Shown: one piece after another, positions 19,863-29,299 of the stretch
Position numbering within the stretch: the stretch's first letter is position 1
Layout of the letters: every line of letters starts with the position of its first letter
NCBI GenBank assembly: GCA_023380635.1
Contig: JAMCRP010000001.1
Span: 109,305 to 173,304 of the forward strand
DNA from: Patescibacteria group bacterium
Lineage (GTDB): Bacteria; Patescibacteriota; Microgenomatia; JAMCZE01
Length of the DNA: 64,000 nt
Reading direction: 5' to 3'
The notes under the pieces: model-generated
Seen by the model: only the letters and a program-made list of their open reading frames with translations
The model's database searches: none
Told to the model about the DNA's origin: nothing
Position numbers and translations under genes: made by a program

Positions 19863-20486
19863 TCACCGAGCCCTGAAGTCAAATCTCATTCTTGTGCCTT
19901 TGTTAACATCCACATTCAAATATTCCATCGGCAGGGGGAGATTAGCTGTTAACCGGTCGGTAACATCGATTCCTTTGCCTCGCGGCCTGGCTAAAATCAA
20001 TTTTACCCGCGAGGTTTCAGGAATAAGCACTTGGGCCGGCACGGGAACAAATTCCTCGTCTTCATAGCCTAAGATGTGTCTGAGCCTCGTTGACAGAGAA
20101 CCCGGTTCTTTTCTCAGTCGCCTAAGTAAGTTTGCCAATCCCCGGTTTTTGTATTCGACATCATTCCCGTTAACTTTTCTTCCGTTTTTCGATTCCAAGA
20201 AAGCTTCTAGTTGAAGCCGCTCGCCTGGTTGGCGACTAAAAAGAAAGCCGTCAGGCTTTGCAATCTTTTTTTGATCTTTAATTAGACGATTCGCAAAGAC
20301 AGGTCCCAGCACAATGGCTCCGGGTTTTACAGCTGCCAGCGCTAAAGAAGCTTCTAGCTCAAATTCCTGGTCTTCATCCATGGGTCGATCAAGATCAGCC
20401 AAAAGCGTATCAATTTCGGGGAAGAGGTATCTCTTTAAGAATCCGCCTTTTTCCAGCTCGATCGTTTCCACACAACAATTATTCAC
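19863..20486 (-). CDS. Hypothetical protein (207 aa)
   Basis: Intact ORF downstream of yraN in the rplS-yraN operon context; no motif recognised. Confidence 0.45.
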   Translation of the reverse strand: MNNCCVETIELEKGGFLKRYLFPEIDTLLADLDRPMDEDQEFELEASLALAAVKPGAIVLGPVFANRLIKDQKKIAKPDGFLFSRQPGERLQLEAFLESKNGRKVNGNDVEYKNRGLANLLRRLRKEPGSLSTRLRHILGYEDEEFVPVPAQVLIPETSRVKLILARPRGKGIDVTDRLTANLPLPMEYLNVDVNKGTRMRFDFRAR

Positions 20487-20551
20487 TTTATCTATTCTTC
20501 TGTCTTTTTATAAATCCTATCAAGAGGGACAAAGTAGCTCAAACGAGCACA

Positions 20552-20920
20552 CTACAGGGTGATATTTTCAAAATGCTCTAGGCTATCAATCGCTTCGTCG
20601 CTTTTTAGAGTAATGGCGATTACATCAATCTGGGGCGACAAACTTGTGTTGGGGTATTGGTTATAATAGAAATCCACCATCTTCTTAAGTTCGTGTAGCT
20701 TTCCGGGAGTAATAGCTTCACCGGGTCGGCCAAACTCGTCGCCGATTCTAGTTTTGACTTCAACAAAGACTAAAGTGTCTCGGTGTTGAGCCAAAATATC
20801 CACTTCGCCATATTGCTTTGCCCGGAAATTTCGCTCAATAATCTGGTATCCCTTCTTCAGAAGGTAATTGGAGGCAATTTCTTCACCCAGCTGACCTATC
20901 CTCTTGTTCTCTCCGTCCAC
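20552..20920 (-). CDS. yraN: YraN/UPF0102 family endonuclease
   Basis: EVDIL...VFVEVKTR motif of the UPF0102 restriction-endonuclease-like fold; 122 aa. Confidence 0.8.
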   Translation of the reverse strand: MDGENKRIGQLGEEIASNYLLKKGYQIIERNFRAKQYGEVDILAQHRDTLVFVEVKTRIGDEFGRPGEAITPGKLHELKKMVDFYYNQYPNTSLSPQIDVIAITLKSDEAIDSLEHFENITL

Positions 20921-20923
20921 TTG

Positions 20924-21217
20924 TTAGGCCACTGCCCTGGTCACTTCTTTCGGAGTTAAATTGCGCAAATAATAAAGTTTCGCCCGCCGCATGGTTCCGG
21001 CCTTTTTCTTCACTTCAATTTTTTCAATCCAGGGAGAATCAACAGACCAAATTCTTTCCACCCCAACGCCATCGGAAATTTTCCGAACAGTAAAGGTTTT
21101 GGCGGTTTTATTAATCGCCAGCACAATTCCTTCAAAAACCTGAAGTCGAGTTTTCTCCCCTTCCACAATTTTTTGAGAAACGCGGATGGTATCGCCAACG
21201 CGAAACGCAATATCCAT
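20924..21217 (-). CDS. rplS: 50S ribosomal protein L19
   Basis: FRVGDT..V...[14 protein letters not shown]...[11 protein letters not shown]...RRAKLYYLR conserved bL19 sequence. Confidence 0.9.
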   Translation of the reverse strand: MDIAFRVGDTIRVSQKIVEGEKTRLQVFEGIVLAINKTAKTFTVRKISDGVGVERIWSVDSPWIEKIEVKKKAGTMRRAKLYYLRNLTPKEVTRAVA

Positions 21218-21259
21218 ACCTACTTATTTTAGCAGACTAGCCGGATTTACTCAACTAGT

Positions 21260-21469
21260 TCAATCTCCTTGAGGCTCCCGGTTTTGAATTTCCAAAATTG
21301 CCGGTAGTTCCTCCGGTCGATTTGTTGCCTTAATCAAAACTGGCGGCCAGAGAATTTCGTCGCCGTCGATATGATCAACATCAATAATTGGTTTTTTCTC
21401 TACTGCTTCAATTTTCACTCTTTTCACCTCCTTTCCGGCCATAAAAAAATCCCTTATTGGGAGGGACAA
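21260..21469 (-). CDS. Hypothetical small protein (69 aa)
   Basis: ORF between dnaE and rplS; no homology recognised. Confidence 0.3.
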   Translation of the reverse strand: MSLPIRDFFMAGKEVKRVKIEAVEKKPIIDVDHIDGDEILWPPVLIKATNRPEELPAILEIQNREPQGD

Positions 21470-21492
21470 GGATGAACCCCTGGAAATACAGT

Positions 21493-24400
21493 CTAGCCGA
21501 CTTTTTTCATGGTGTCAACGATGAGCGAAAGTTTTCCGTCACGGTTATCTACTCTTCCGGTACAGATAATCACATTATTTTCCACACATAAATCCTTTCC
21601 GAAGCTGGCGTAAAGTTTGGGGAAAATCACACAGTCCAGTTTGGTGCCATCCCGCCCGGTTAGAGTCATAAAAGCCATTTCGTCATTATTCTTTTTGGTT
21701 AAAACTTTCCTGGTGCTGGTTACCATGCCGCCGGTGGTGACGGTTTTGTTAACATGCAGATCCTCAGAAAGCTCTCCGATTTCATGAGTAATCAGGTCGA
21801 CGATTTTCTCCAGAGCTTTTTGGGCCGGGTGTTCAGACAGATAAAACCCCAGATATTCCCTTTCCCACAAAAGGAGTTCTTCTTTTGGCCGTTCTTCCAC
21901 ATCCGGCAACTCGAAAGAAACAGATTCCTTTTTTTCTTCATCAGTTTTATCTCCGGTATCGAACAACCCCGTTTGTCCTGAACTAATTTGTTTGGCCAGT
22001 TTATGACTTTCGGAAATGACTTTCTCCAATGATTCCAGCATGGCCGACCTTTTGCCAAACTGGTCCATCGCTCCGGCTTTAATTAAGCTTTCCAGGGTTT
22101 TTTTATTCACTTTTTGCAAATCAACTCGCCGGGCAAAATCTGACAACGATCGGAACGGTTCCTCCAAGTCTCTGGCCTTAAGAATACTATCAATGGCTGC
22201 CGCCCCGACATTTTTAATGGCGGAAAGGCCAAAACGGATCGACCGGCCCTCAATATTAAACTCCGTTCCGGATTTGTTAATATCCGGGGGCAAAACGGGG
22301 ATTTTCATCCGCCGGCATTCCTCAATGCACATTTGGATCTTTTCGTCTTTGGTGTCGCCGGTGTTACCCCGGCTCTCGGCCGTCAGCATGGCAGTCATAT
22401 ATTCGACAGGGTAGTGATATTTCATGTAGGCTGTTTCGTAGGCAATCATGCCATAATCAGCACTGTGGGCCTTGTTAAAACCATAGGCGGCAAACTTTTC
22501 GATCAACGCAAAAATCTTGTCTGCCAGGTCGCCGCTGTAACCGTTTTTAACCATCCCGGCCTTAAGTTTTTCACCCTCAACTTTCATTAGCTCCGGCTTC
22601 TTTTTTCCAATGGCTTTGCGGAAACCATCCGCTTCCGCCATGGTGTAGCCACCCATCGCATGGGCAATTTCCATAGCCTGCTCTTGATAAATAATAAAGC
22701 CGTAAGTTTCTTCCAGAATTGGTTTAAGATCTTCATGAAGATAGCGCACTAATTCCGGGTGTCTCTTGGCTTTAACAAAATCCGGAATAATTTCCAGCGG
22801 GCCCGGTCGATAGAGGGCAACCATAGCGCCAAGATCAGAAATAACCGAAGGTTGTAAATCCTTAGCCAGCTTTCGCATTCCGCCGGATTCCAATTGAAAC
22901 ACGCCGGTGGTGTCTCCCCGGGCAATCATGGCGTAAACTTCTTTATCGTCCAGGGGAATTTTTTCTAGATTAATTTTTTTGCCGGTATTTTCCTCCACAA
23001 ATTTCAAAGCCTGACCTAAAATCGTTAAATTGCGTAAGCCTAAAAAATCCATTTTCAACAACCCCACTGCGTGTTTGCTGGCATTAAGATCCAGGGCATA
23101 CATATCATATTGAGTGATCACTTTGCCCCCCTTAGGATCAAGTTGCAAGGGCACATATTCCGTTAAAGATTTATCGGAAATAATTACCCCGGCGGCATGA
23201 ACCGAAGCGTGCCGGGCAACGCCCTCTACTTTTTTGGCCATATCGATTATCTTTTTGGTATCTTCTTCGTTATCGTAAGCCGCCTTTAGTTCTGCATTTG
23301 TTTCCAGTGCCCGATCAATATACATAGGGAACCCCTGGCTGCCCGGCGGAATCATTTTTGACAGCCGGTCGCCGACGGCATACGGGTAGCCAAGCGCCCG
23401 GGCCACATCCCGCACGGCCGCTTTGGCTTCCATAGTCCCGAAAGTAATAATCTGGGCCACTTTATCCGCGCCGTATTTCTGTCGAACATAATCCAGCACT
23501 TTCTCCCGCCCGTCATCGGCCAAATCCATGTCGATATCCGGCGGGCTGGGCCGTTGTTTATGCAAGAATCTTTCAAACGGCAATTTGTACAACAAAGGAT
23601 CGATCGTCGAAATGCCCAGAATATAAGAAATAATGGAGCCAGCTCCGGAACCGCGGGCGTTACGCATGACACCGTTATTCATGGCCCAATTGGCAAAGTC
23701 GGAAACAATTAAAAAATATGACGAATAGCCCATGCTTTCAATGATGTCCATTTCGTGCGCAATTCTAGCCGTCACATCCGCCGTTACCTCCGGATAGCGG
23801 TTATACACTCTTTCCTCTACCAGTTTTTCCAAGTAGGAATCCATGGTCTCGCCCCCCGGCAGCGGAAAATGCGGAAAAATATATTTATCCATCGGGATAT
23901 CCAAATCGACCATATCGGCAATCTTCAAAGTATTCTCCAAAGCGTCCGGATATTGAGCAAAACTTTTACTCATTTCCTCGGGAGACTTGAAATAGAAATC
24001 CGGAACATCAATCATCGACATGGGCCGATCCTTATCCAGCCAGGTTTTTTGCGTTTGGATACATAGAAGTGTTTCTTGACCGTCAGCGTCCTCTTTTTTG
24101 GTGTAGTGAGAATCATTGGTAGCCACCAGGGGAATACTTAATTTGCGCGACAGCTTAGCAAGCTTTTCATAAGTCTCGTTAATTTTTTCCAGACCCGGAT
24201 GGTGTTGAATTTCCAGATAAAAGTTGCCTTCCCCGAAAATCTTTTGGTAACGCAGGGCTATTTCTTCCGCCTTTTTCCAGTCATCCTTCTCCAGCGCTTT
24301 CCCGATCATGCCCAGATTACAGGCGGAAGTAGCAATGATTCCTTCGTGATATTTTTCTAAAACCTCCCAATCGATTCTCGGTTTGTAATAAAATCCCTCA

Positions 24401-24729
24401 AGATGTCCGGCGGTGACGATTTTCATCAAATTTTTATAACCGTTCAGATTTTTGGCTAAAAGAATTAAGTGGTACTGGTCGCGTCCGGAACCGGATCGGT
24501 CTAGACGGCTTTTTTCGGCCTGATAGGCTTCCACTCCAAGAATGGGTTTTATCCCTGCTTCCTTGGCGGCCAGGTAAAATTTAATCGCTCCGTACATGGT
24601 TCCGTGATCGGTAATCGCCAAGGCGGGCATTTCCCATTCTTTAGCCCGGGCCAGGAGATCCTTAAACTTGCTTAAACCATCCAGAAGCGAGTATTCCGAG
24701 TGGGTATGAAGAGAAACATAATTAGCCAT
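21493..24729 (-). CDS. dnaE: DNA polymerase III alpha subunit (DnaE)
   Basis: N-terminal PHP domain (LHTHSEYSLLDG), polymerase core, HhH, OB fold; 1078 aa. Confidence 0.95.
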   Translation of the reverse strand: MANYVSLHTHSEYSLLDGLSKFKDLLARAKEWEMPALAITDHGTMYGAIKFYLAAKEAGIKPILGVEAYQAEKSRLDRSGSGRDQYHLILLAKNLNGYKNLMKIVTAGHLEGFYYKPRIDWEVLEKYHEGIIATSACNLGMIGKALEKDDWKKAEEIALRYQKIFGEGNFYLEIQHHPGLEKINETYEKLAKLSRKLSIPLVATNDSHYTKKEDADGQETLLCIQTQKTWLDKDRPMSMIDVPDFYFKSPEEMSKSFAQYPDALENTLKIADMVDLDIPMDKYIFPHFPLPGGETMDSYLEKLVEERVYNRYPEVTADVTARIAHEMDIIESMGYSSYFLIVSDFANWAMNNGVMRNARGSGAGSIISYILGISTIDPLLYKLPFERFLHKQRPSPPDIDMDLADDGREKVLDYVRQKYGADKVAQIITFGTMEAKAAVRDVARALGYPYAVGDRLSKMIPPGSQGFPMYIDRALETNAELKAAYDNEEDTKKIIDMAKKVEGVARHASVHAAGVIISDKSLTEYVPLQLDPKGGKVITQYDMYALDLNASKHAVGLLKMDFLGLRNLTILGQALKFVEENTGKKINLEKIPLDDKEVYAMIARGDTTGVFQLESGGMRKLAKDLQPSVISDLGAMVALYRPGPLEIIPDFVKAKRHPELVRYLHEDLKPILEETYGFIIYQEQAMEIAHAMGGYTMAEADGFRKAIGKKKPELMKVEGEKLKAGMVKNGYSGDLADKIFALIEKFAAYGFNKAHSADYGMIAYETAYMKYHYPVEYMTAMLTAESRGNTGDTKDEKIQMCIEECRRMKIPVLPPDINKSGTEFNIEGRSIRFGLSAIKNVGAAAIDSILKARDLEEPFRSLSDFARRVDLQKVNKKTLESLIKAGAMDQFGKRSAMLESLEKVISESHKLAKQISSGQTGLFDTGDKTDEEKKESVSFELPDVEERPKEELLLWEREYLGFYLSEHPAQKALEKIVDLITHEIGELSEDLHVNKTVTTGGMVTSTRKVLTKKNNDEMAFMTLTGRDGTKLDCVIFPKLYASFGKDLCVENNVIICTGRVDNRDGKLSLIVDTMKKVG

Positions 24730-24791
24730 GATTTATCTTCCTGCGATACTTTAACAAACTGCTTAAAATCCCACAAGAGGAACAACAAAAT

Positions 24792-25649
24792 TTATCGGCT
24801 AATGTTTTTTAATTTCTTGCTATGCTGCAATTCAATGTCCAGCGGATCATATATCTTGGATCCAAGCTCTTGTGGGGAATCAATAATCGTTTCCGGATGA
24901 GAAAATACCTTCGCTCCATAACTGAGAGTAACTTTCGGTATTGGAGCCATTAATTCACTCTGGCTCCTGGCATTTCGATTATAACGGTCCATCACCGAGT
25001 CGGTTACTAAACTGTTTAGGAAACCCGCAATTTCCTCCAGGCGTTTTAGTCCGACCTTCTGAGGGTCCCGATTGCCATAGTCACTTATAGTGAGAAGTAA
25101 TACAAATTCATCCCCCATTGGTCGGGCAATCAGATCAAAGGGAGTTCGAATTAAGGTATTTGTCAAAGAAACAATTTCCTGCAGGATCACATCAGCCTTG
25201 CTATGAGACAGTTTATCGTCATACCACTTAAATCGATCCACATCGAGCATAGCCATAGCATAATAATATGGCGATGGGCGATGTTCAACATCGGGCGGAT
25301 ATCGCTGAAAGATTCGGCAAAGAGCCTCGTCCAACCCTCTTTTACTTAAGGCTCCAGTCAGATAATCAGTTCGCGATTCTTTTTCTGCCTCGATTCTGTT
25401 ATCTGAGCTGCGAAGAGCTGCGTCGAAACAAGCAGCTAAGACAACATAATTGTCCCGTAAAAAGCCGTCAGGCTTAATCAGTCCGTGATTTCGGAAAACA
25501 CTGCAGTTTTCACGAAACTCCTCGTTAATGATTGTCCGAAATTTAGGATTAGCCCTAAAGGTCTTAGTCAGGTCAGCAATTCTTTCGCTTTGTTCCGGCA
25601 AGAAATATTTTCCAAGGCTGTTAAAAGTACCCAATAGTTCTCTGCTCAT
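24792..25649 (-). CDS. GGDEF-domain protein with degenerate active site (MGDEF instead of GG[DE]EF)
   Basis: DYLTGALSKRGLDEAL (DxLTGLxNR-like), LDVDRFKWYDD (DIDxFK-like), RPMGDEFVLLL; start overlaps gatB stop (ATGA). Confidence 0.7.
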   Translation of the reverse strand: MSRELLGTFNSLGKYFLPEQSERIADLTKTFRANPKFRTIINEEFRENCSVFRNHGLIKPDGFLRDNYVVLAACFDAALRSSDNRIEAEKESRTDYLTGALSKRGLDEALCRIFQRYPPDVEHRPSPYYYAMAMLDVDRFKWYDDKLSHSKADVILQEIVSLTNTLIRTPFDLIARPMGDEFVLLLTISDYGNRDPQKVGLKRLEEIAGFLNSLVTDSVMDRYNRNARSQSELMAPIPKVTLSYGAKVFSHPETIIDSPQELGSKIYDPLDIELQHSKKLKNISR

Positions 25650-26938
25650 GAAAGCTTTCTTCGCAGCAGGTCGGAGATGACATTGATGTCTGCCTTGATT
25701 TTAGTCCGGGCCTGGCCGATTAGGAAACCAAGAACCTGAGTCTTTCCGGTTTTGTAATCGGCCACTGCTTTGGAGTTTTGGGAAATTATTTCATTGATAA
25801 TTTTTTCCAGCTCGGCAGTGTCGACAGCGGCCACCACTTTGACTTGGGCAATCTTTTGCACCAACTGTGCCGGAACCATTTGGGCCATGTCCACTTTCTT
25901 ATTAATAATCCAATTGGCCACCTCCTTAGTTGAGATCTCTCCTATATCCCGCATTTCTCCCATGACCCTTACCGCTTCTTCAAAGAAATCCGCAGTAGCT
26001 TTCTCTTCGGTCAGTTGTATCGCATCATAGTTATTTAGTCCATATTCTTTCTTAAACCTTTCAAATTTGGCATCCGGCAACTCCGGAATTTTTTCTTCGA
26101 TCTTTTTTATATCTTCTATCTTAAATTTTACTTCCGGAATATCCGGTTCCGGGAAATAGCGATAGTCATGGGCCTCTTCTTTCTCCCGCTGGGGGACTGT
26201 GGCGTTTTTTGCTTCGTTCCAGCCCCTTGTCTGTTGCGGCACTTTCTCTCCTTTTTCCATCAATTCTGTTTGTCTTTTAATCTCGTATTCCAATGCTTTT
26301 CTGGCAAACCGGAAAGAATTAATATTCTTCAGTTCTACTCTGTAATTTGGCAATTTACCATCCGGCGACATGGAAATTGACGGTTCCAATCTCATGCTTC
26401 CCTTTTCCATATCGGCGTTGGAAATGCCCAGGTAGCGGATAATTTTTTGCAGCTTTTTCAGGTATTCATCCACTTCCTCAATCGACCGGAAGTCCGGCTC
26501 GGTTACAATCTCGACCAGAGGTACTCCGCTGCGATTAAAATCCACCAGCGTCATTCCGTCAGTGTGTTGCAGCTTCCCCGTATCTTCTTCCAAATGCACT
26601 CTTCTTATGCGAATGTTTCCGGCTTTCCCCCATTCCCCAAACGGTTTCTCGTATTGGGTAATTTGGTAGCCCTTTGGAAGATCCGGGTAGAAATAATTTT
26701 TCCTGTCAAAATGCGATTCCAAATTAATTTTGCAACCCAATGCCTGGGCCAACATAATCGTCCACTCGACAGCCTTCTTATTCGGAACAGGCAAAGCCCC
26801 CGGCAGACCTAAACACACGGGACAGGTATGAGTGTTAGGTTCCACGCCAAAATGTTCCGCACTGCACCCGCAAAACATTTTGCTTTGTGTTGCCAGTTCT
26901 ACATGAACCTCTAAACCAATAATCGGCTGATACTTCAC
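25646..26938 (-). CDS. gatB: Aspartyl/glutamyl-tRNA(Asn/Gln) amidotransferase subunit B
   Basis: N-terminus MKYQPIIGLEVHVEL...FCGC, GatB/YqeY C-terminal tail; 430 aa. Confidence 0.95.
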   Translation of the reverse strand: MKYQPIIGLEVHVELATQSKMFCGCSAEHFGVEPNTHTCPVCLGLPGALPVPNKKAVEWTIMLAQALGCKINLESHFDRKNYFYPDLPKGYQITQYEKPFGEWGKAGNIRIRRVHLEEDTGKLQHTDGMTLVDFNRSGVPLVEIVTEPDFRSIEEVDEYLKKLQKIIRYLGISNADMEKGSMRLEPSISMSPDGKLPNYRVELKNINSFRFARKALEYEIKRQTELMEKGEKVPQQTRGWNEAKNATVPQREKEEAHDYRYFPEPDIPEVKFKIEDIKKIEEKIPELPDAKFERFKKEYGLNNYDAIQLTEEKATADFFEEAVRVMGEMRDIGEISTKEVANWIINKKVDMAQMVPAQLVQKIAQVKVVAAVDTAELEKIINEIISQNSKAVADYKTGKTQVLGFLIGQARTKIKADINVISDLLRRKLS

Positions 26939-28293
26939 AGTTTTGGTTTCTCCTTATGCCAGTTAGTTACTCTCTCAAACTCTTCAGCAATATTTAAAAT
27001 TAACTCTTCGCTCCACATTGATCCAATCAGTTGCATACCAACCGGTAGGCCATTAACAAAACCGCAAGGTACACTGATTCCCGGCAGCCCGGCCAGACTG
27101 CTCGGCTCAACTAAAATGTCAGCCAATTCCCCAAACATACTTTGCCCTTTGCTGGCCCCGACTTTCAAAGCCACACTCGGAGAAGTCGGCGCCAATATCA
27201 AATCAACCTTTTCAAAAGTCTTCTCAAAATCATCAACGATTAGAGTTCTCACTTGTTGGGCCTTTTTGTAATAGGCATCATAATAGCCTGCGGACAAAGT
27301 GTAGGTTCCCAGCATTATCCGTCGTTTATTTTCCTCATTAAAAAAGCTTCTGTCTCGTCCGAAACGGACCCCGTCAAATCGTTCGAGATTAGAGGAAACC
27401 TCCGCCCGTTGGACAATAGTGTAATCAGAAATCGCATATCGCGGGTCAAACATAGAAATATCAACTAATTTCGCTCCCAACTTCTCCAGCTCTCTAGCTG
27501 CAGCCCTTACAGTTTCATTAATGCCTTTTTGTGCTTCTGCCCGGAAATATTCTTTTGGCAAACCTATCTTTAATCCTTTAATCCCCTTACTACCCCCACT
27601 GTCCCCGTCTTTTGTGGTAGCGTCCATGGGGTCGACTCCTCTAATCCAGTTGTATACAATCCTCGCATCGCCGACAGTTTTTGTAATTGGGCCAGGGGAA
27701 TCTGTAGACGAACACATAGCGATTAAGCCATAGCGGCTGACACGACCATAAGTCGGCTTAAGTCCTACCACTCCGCACCAAGCTGCTGGTTGGCGAATTG
27801 ATCCGGCTGTTTCCGAACCGAGAGCATAAATCGTTTCGTCAGCAGCCACAGCCGCAGCTGATCCGCCGGATGATCCTCCCGGCAAATGGGTCAAATTCCA
27901 GGGATTTTTTGTTGATCCAAAATCAGAAGTTTCGGTCGAGGAACCATGAGCGAACGCGTCCATGTTTGTCTTTCCCAAAATAACTCCACTGTTTTCTCTC
28001 ACTTTTCTAACCACGGTCGCATCATAAGGCGGTATATAGCCACAAAGAATCTTCGAGGAAGCAGTCGTTTCCAATCCGACCGTATTGAAATTATCTTTTA
28101 TAGCCACCGGAATCCCCACGGGCAGTTCCATAGCTTCCGTCTCAACCCGACTGTTCCGAGCTAAGAAAGCACGAACCCGATCATCGACTTGATTAATGCG
28201 TGCCACACACTCTTTCACCAGATCAACACTGGTAAATTTTTTTTCCTTCAGCCCATTTAGAGCTTGTGAAAGATTTAATTGATTTAATCCCAT
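26935..28293 (-). CDS. gatA: Glutamyl-tRNA(Gln) amidotransferase subunit A (amidase signature family)
   Basis: Amidase signature GGSSGGSAAAVAA, Ser-cisSer-Lys triad context; 452 aa. Confidence 0.95.
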   Translation of the reverse strand: MGLNQLNLSQALNGLKEKKFTSVDLVKECVARINQVDDRVRAFLARNSRVETEAMELPVGIPVAIKDNFNTVGLETTASSKILCGYIPPYDATVVRKVRENSGVILGKTNMDAFAHGSSTETSDFGSTKNPWNLTHLPGGSSGGSAAAVAADETIYALGSETAGSIRQPAAWCGVVGLKPTYGRVSRYGLIAMCSSTDSPGPITKTVGDARIVYNWIRGVDPMDATTKDGDSGGSKGIKGLKIGLPKEYFRAEAQKGINETVRAAARELEKLGAKLVDISMFDPRYAISDYTIVQRAEVSSNLERFDGVRFGRDRSFFNEENKRRIMLGTYTLSAGYYDAYYKKAQQVRTLIVDDFEKTFEKVDLILAPTSPSVALKVGASKGQSMFGELADILVEPSSLAGLPGISVPCGFVNGLPVGMQLIGSMWSEELILNIAEEFERVTNWHKEKPKL

Positions 28294-28592
28294 ATCGCTT
28301 TAACTACAAAAAAGCCGTTCTTAGTTAACTTGGCGTTTTTCAGCGCGTCCTCTTGAGTTAGGCCGGCTCTAACTTCGTCTTCGCGCAGTTTATTTTCTTG
28401 GTGGCCCGTCTGATAAGTTGGAGAAACCCTGGCCGTATCAATCTGGTTAAGATTTTCAACGTAATCCAAGGTCTCGGAAAGTTTTACTTGAAAGTCTTCG
28501 GCCTCTTTTTCTAAAAGCGGCAAATCGGCCAGTTTAGCCACATGTTTCACCTCGTCGATTGTTAATATTTTATTTTTATTCATATCACTCAT
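28284..28592 (-). CDS. gatC: Glutamyl-tRNA(Gln) amidotransferase subunit C
   Basis: 102 aa; ILTIDEVKHVAKLADLPL...LNQID typical GatC. Confidence 0.85.
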   Translation of the reverse strand: MSDMNKNKILTIDEVKHVAKLADLPLLEKEAEDFQVKLSETLDYVENLNQIDTARVSPTYQTGHQENKLREDEVRAGLTQEDALKNAKLTKNGFFVVKAIWD

Positions 28593-28597
28593 ATCCC

Positions 28598-29299
28598 TTA
28601 GTTCCCATATTTCTTAACAACAAAATCATGCGCCTGCCATTCCAACTTATCGTCCAATTGCTCTAATTCTATCTTTTTCTTATACTTGACCTCAAGTGCC
28701 GTCTTGATAAGCCAATCGGCGATATGCGGGTTCTTGGGTAAAAACGGCCCATGAGAATAGGTGGCCAGGCAATTCTTGTATATTGCTCCTTCCGTTTTAT
28801 CCTCACCGTTATTACCGTAGCCCCTTATTACCTTCGCAAATGGTTTCACCCCCGGACCCAAATATGTCCTCCCTCCATGGTTCTCGAAACCAACTATAGT
28901 ATCTTGACCTGTTTGTATCTTGTATCTTGTATCTTGTATCTTAGCAATAAGATTTCCGATCAACCTTTTTTCGCCTCGGGGAAATTTTGTTTCCATATCA
29001 AAAATTCCCAGAAAGGGTCTGCCCAGAAGCTGCGGAGCCCCGCAAACGAACAACCCCGGTACTCCCCGTTCGATCATATTTTGGAGAACACTTTTTTTAC
29101 TCATTAGGTCCTTCATCACGATTTCCTGTTGCCGATCCTGCGCTCCTCCGCCGAAAACTAGATCCGCGCCTTCGGGTTCGTTTTGGATATTTACGCTTAT
29201 ATTTCGCCACTGCGCTCGTTTTTGCAAACAAATAATATTCCCCCGGTCCCCATAGGTGGACATAAGTTCCGGATACAACCAGCAGATGTTTAAATTCAT
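28598..29299 (-). CDS. gatD: Lipid II isoglutaminyl synthase glutaminase subunit GatD (CobQ-type GATase)
   Basis: Strong similarity by eye to S. aureus GatD: GFENHGGRTY, GYGNNGEDK, HGPFLPKNP; 233 aa; start overlaps murT stop. Confidence 0.85.
   Translation of the reverse strand: MNLNICWLYPELMSTYGDRGNIICLQKRAQWRNISVNIQNEPEGADLVFGGGAQDRQQEIVMKDLMSKKSVLQNMIERGVPGLFVCGAPQLLGRPFLGIFDMETKFPRGEKRLIGNLIAKIQDTRYKIQTGQDTIVGFENHGGRTYLGPGVKPFAKVIRGYGNNGEDKTEGAIYKNCLATYSHGPFLPKNPHIADWLIKTALEVKYKKKIELEQLDDKLEWQAHDFVVKKYGN

Noticed and set aside
19701-20067. ORFs 19701-19952 and 19792-20067 (+) downstream of the AT-islet gene
   Set aside because: They overlap the terminator hairpin and the conserved minus-strand 207-aa ORF, have no start context, and show no coding bias; likely spurious.
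28914-28945. Possibility that the short tandem repeats are a CRISPR array
   Set aside because: The repeat units are 7-17 nt with no unique spacers, lie inside conserved coding sequences, and no cas genes are present.
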